Assembly (NCBI GenBank): GCA_044358425.1
Contig: CP054849.1
Span: 1,227,629-1,245,235, forward strand
Source: Marine Group I thaumarchaeote
Lineage (GTDB): Archaea; Thermoproteota; Nitrososphaeria; Nitrososphaerales; Nitrosopumilaceae
Direction of reading: 5' to 3'
Length of the DNA: 17,607 nt
The notes below the pieces were generated by a model. That model did no database searches and was not told the DNA's origin. It saw nothing but the letters and a program-made list of their open reading frames with translations. The position numbers and the translations under genes are program-made. Positions 15,516 through 17,607 of the stretch are shown here, one piece after another. Every line of letters starts with the position of its first letter. Position 1 is the stretch's first letter.

Positions 15516-16916
15516 ATGAAGACTAAAGCAATAAGCTCAATCTTTGTACTATTTGCTATCGCAGCAGGTATGGCCTCAATGGCACCAGCTGCTTTTGCAG
15601 ACCACGCCGAAGTTGCAATTGGTGCAGTAGAAGAATCTGGATTCTCACAGTCTTGTGTTGAAACAGGTTGTTACACACCAATGATTGCAACAGTTGACGT
15701 CGGTGGTGTTGTAACCATGACAAACACAGATCCAACAGGAGTTCACACGTTCACATCAGGAACTGTTGACGGATTTGCTCCATCACCTGATGGTATATTT
15801 GATTCAAGTGTAATGATGTCCGGTGATTCATTTGAATGGCAAGCTAATGTGTCTGGTCAAGTACCATACTATTGCATGCTACATACTTGGATGCAAGGAA
15901 CTATTGTAGTACAAGGAAGTGCACCTGTTGTTGCACCAATACCTCAACCAATTTTACAAAGCGATGTAAAACTAAAAGTTGGTAACTCTTCATACAAAAG
16001 TGGCGATACAGTATTTTATTCAGGTAAAGTAACTAATGCAAAAGTAGGTTCTGCTATAACCATAACTCTAACTTCACCTAATGGGGATTTGGTTGCAGTA
16101 GAACAATTATCTGTTGGTACGGATGGTGAATTTAGATCATTCTTTTCAACAGAAGGTTCGTTGTGGGGTACTAATGGAATGTACACAATTCAGGCACAAT
16201 ATGTCTCCAGTCAAGACTCAGTTCAATTTAAATTCAAAAATATGTCTACCACTCCAATAAATCCTACACCCATAGTTTCTGAAAAAATTAATGTTTATGC
16301 TGATAATAATTCTTATAATTCAGGAGCATTGGTTTCAATAAGTGTCAGTACTGCAAGTAATGCAAATGTTGCAATTAGTGTAAGTGATTCTGACGGAAAT
16401 AATATTGTAACAAGAACAGTTACCACCGATGGTTCTGGAAATGGTTCAGTCCAATTCAAATTACCAAATTCTGCTAAAAATGGAACGTATGTTGTAGATG
16501 CAACTGCAACAGTTTCAGGTAAGAAAATATCTGATTCTACCAAATTTACAGTATCTTCAAATTCTACAGGTAACATTACCATAGTATCATTATCTCCAAC
16601 TGATCAACAAGGAAATCCCGTATCCTCATTTAATAAAGGTAAGTTAGGATTTGTCAATGTTGTTTTAGACTCTGATTCCAGTACTACCTCCCTTGTAACC
16701 ATTAATCTATTTGATTCCCAGTTAACTAGTCTAGGTATAGGTTCGTTCAAAACTACCTTAAACTCTGGACAATCTGAAATGTCATTGTCATTTTTTATTC
16801 CAAATGATGCAGAGTTTGGAAGTGGAGATATTTATGCAAACGTATTTTCTGATTGGCCAAGTCAAGGAGGAGTTCCACTAACAGGTGAATCTTCAACTAA
16901 GGTACGATTACAATGA
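15516..16916 (+). CDS. Secreted type-1 (blue) copper cupredoxin domain protein with C-terminal Ig-like repeats
   Basis: Signal peptide ...PAAFA|DH; type-1 Cu ligands GVHTF and YYCMLHTWMQG (His, Cys-x2-His-x2-Met); Pro-rich linkers; beta-sandwich repeats (SYKSGDTV...GMYTIQA, SYNSGALV...GTYVVDA). Confidence 0.88.
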   Translation: MKTKAISSIFVLFAIAAGMASMAPAAFADHAEVAIGAVEESGFSQSCVETGCYTPMIATVDVGGVVTMTNTDPTGVHTFTSGTVDGFAPSPDGIFDSSVMMSGDSFEWQANVSGQVPYYCMLHTWMQGTIVVQGSAPVVAPIPQPILQSDVKLKVGNSSYKSGDTVFYSGKVTNAKVGSAITITLTSPNGDLVAVEQLSVGTDGEFRSFFSTEGSLWGTNGMYTIQAQYVSSQDSVQFKFKNMSTTPINPTPIVSEKINVYADNNSYNSGALVSISVSTASNANVAISVSDSDGNNIVTRTVTTDGSGNGSVQFKLPNSAKNGTYVVDATATVSGKKISDSTKFTVSSNSTGNITIVSLSPTDQQGNPVSSFNKGKLGFVNVVLDSDSSTTSLVTINLFDSQLTSLGIGSFKTTLNSGQSEMSLSFFIPNDAEFGSGDIYANVFSDWPSQGGVPLTGESSTKVRLQ

Positions 16917-17607
16917 AATCCATATTATTTCTGATATTGCTTCTAGGTGTATCTATGACTCCATTATCTTTTGCAGAATCAATTACAATTCAGACTAACA
17001 ATGAACAATTTTCAAGTGGAGACATTGTATCTATTGATGGCCAAGTTTCTGGAGGAAATACGGGGGATTTTGTAGCACTAGAAATTAAAAATCCTAGCGG
17101 TGAGACAATTCTAATTCGAACCGTAACTTTAGGTGATGGGGGTTCATTTGATTTGAAGTTTAAAATACCTGAATCCGGAGAGAGTGGAAGTTATGATATT
17201 GTAGCTAATGCCCAACTTGGAGGCCAAACCATTACTGAAACTAAAACAATTAGTAAAACAAATACTCAATCAACTTCTTCAAACACTTCATCTAAGGAAG
17301 GTGGGGGTTGCCTGATTGCAACAGCCACTTACGGCTCAGAGTTATCCCCACAAGTTCAACTACTTAGAGAGATTCGTGATAATCAATTACTGAACACAGA
17401 ATCAGGTACTGCATTCATGAGCACATTCAATGACATTTACTATTCATTTAGTCCAATAATTGCTGATTATGAGCGTGAAAACCCATACTTCAAAGAAGCT
17501 GTAAAGATTGCAATTACTCCAATGATCAGTTCATTGTCTCTAATGGAAAACGCTGAATCTGAATCTGAAGTTTTGGGCATTGGAATCTCAGTAATTATGT
17601 TGAATTT
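16913..17607 (+). CDS. Secreted Ig-like domain protein with CFI-box-CTERM; truncated at the right edge
   Basis: Not in the ORF track. ATG overlaps the upstream stop (ATGA). Hand translation: MKSILFLILLLGVSMTPLSFA|ESITIQTNNEQFSSGDIVSIDGQV...GSYDIVANA, a Ser/Thr linker, then EGGGCLIATATYGSELSPQVQLLREIRDN in the same frame. Confidence 0.88.
   Translation, partial: MKSILFLILLLGVSMTPLSFAESITIQTNNEQFSSGDIVSIDGQVSGGNTGDFVALEIKNPSGETILIRTVTLGDGGSFDLKFKIPESGESGSYDIVANAQLGGQTITETKTISKTNTQSTSSNTSSKEGGGCLIATATYGSELSPQVQLLREIRDNQLLNTESGTAFMSTFNDIYYSFSPIIADYERENPYFKEAVKIAITPMISSLSLMENAESESEVLGIGISVIMLN

Noticed and set aside
5796-16582. Remaining short opposite-strand ORFs (5796, 6133, 9132, 9697, 10043, 12114, 12598, 14397, 15226, 16313)
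   Set aside because: They lie wholly or mostly antisense to convincing genes and show no family motifs.

Overview
AT-rich archaeal chromosomal DNA. Gene content (thiolase/DUF35 pair, class II RNR, cupredoxin, CFI-box-CTERM and Trp-rich-repeat surface proteins, TATA-type promoters) points to a marine ammonia-oxidising archaeon of the Nitrosopumilaceae; this is inferred from family recognition, with no database search run. The left half (mostly minus strand) holds a truncated B12-dependent ribonucleotide reductase (nrdJ). Directly upstream of it is a ~720-aa protein with an acidic tail, ArsR-like winged HTH, ATP-cone and class III RNR (NrdD)-like barrel that lacks both the thiyl Cys and the glycyl-radical loop. 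Next come a 53-aa Zn-finger, DUF35 + thiolase, a stand-alone topoisomerase Zn-ribbon protein, a nitrilase-family hydrolase, a 4-OT tautomerase and a rhomboid protease. The right half is a cluster of secreted/surface proteins around a wHTH regulator with a His-rich membrane N-terminus, including two paralogues whose predicted mature chains start with His, a cupredoxin-Ig protein and two CFI-box-CTERM proteins. The best candidate for an under-described system is the catalytically dead NrdD fused to a DNA-binding domain next to nrdJ, a possible archaeal nucleotide-sensing regulator analogous to NrdR. The second is a possible copper-sensing/handling surface locus. No rRNA, tRNA, CRISPR array or mobile element was recognised.
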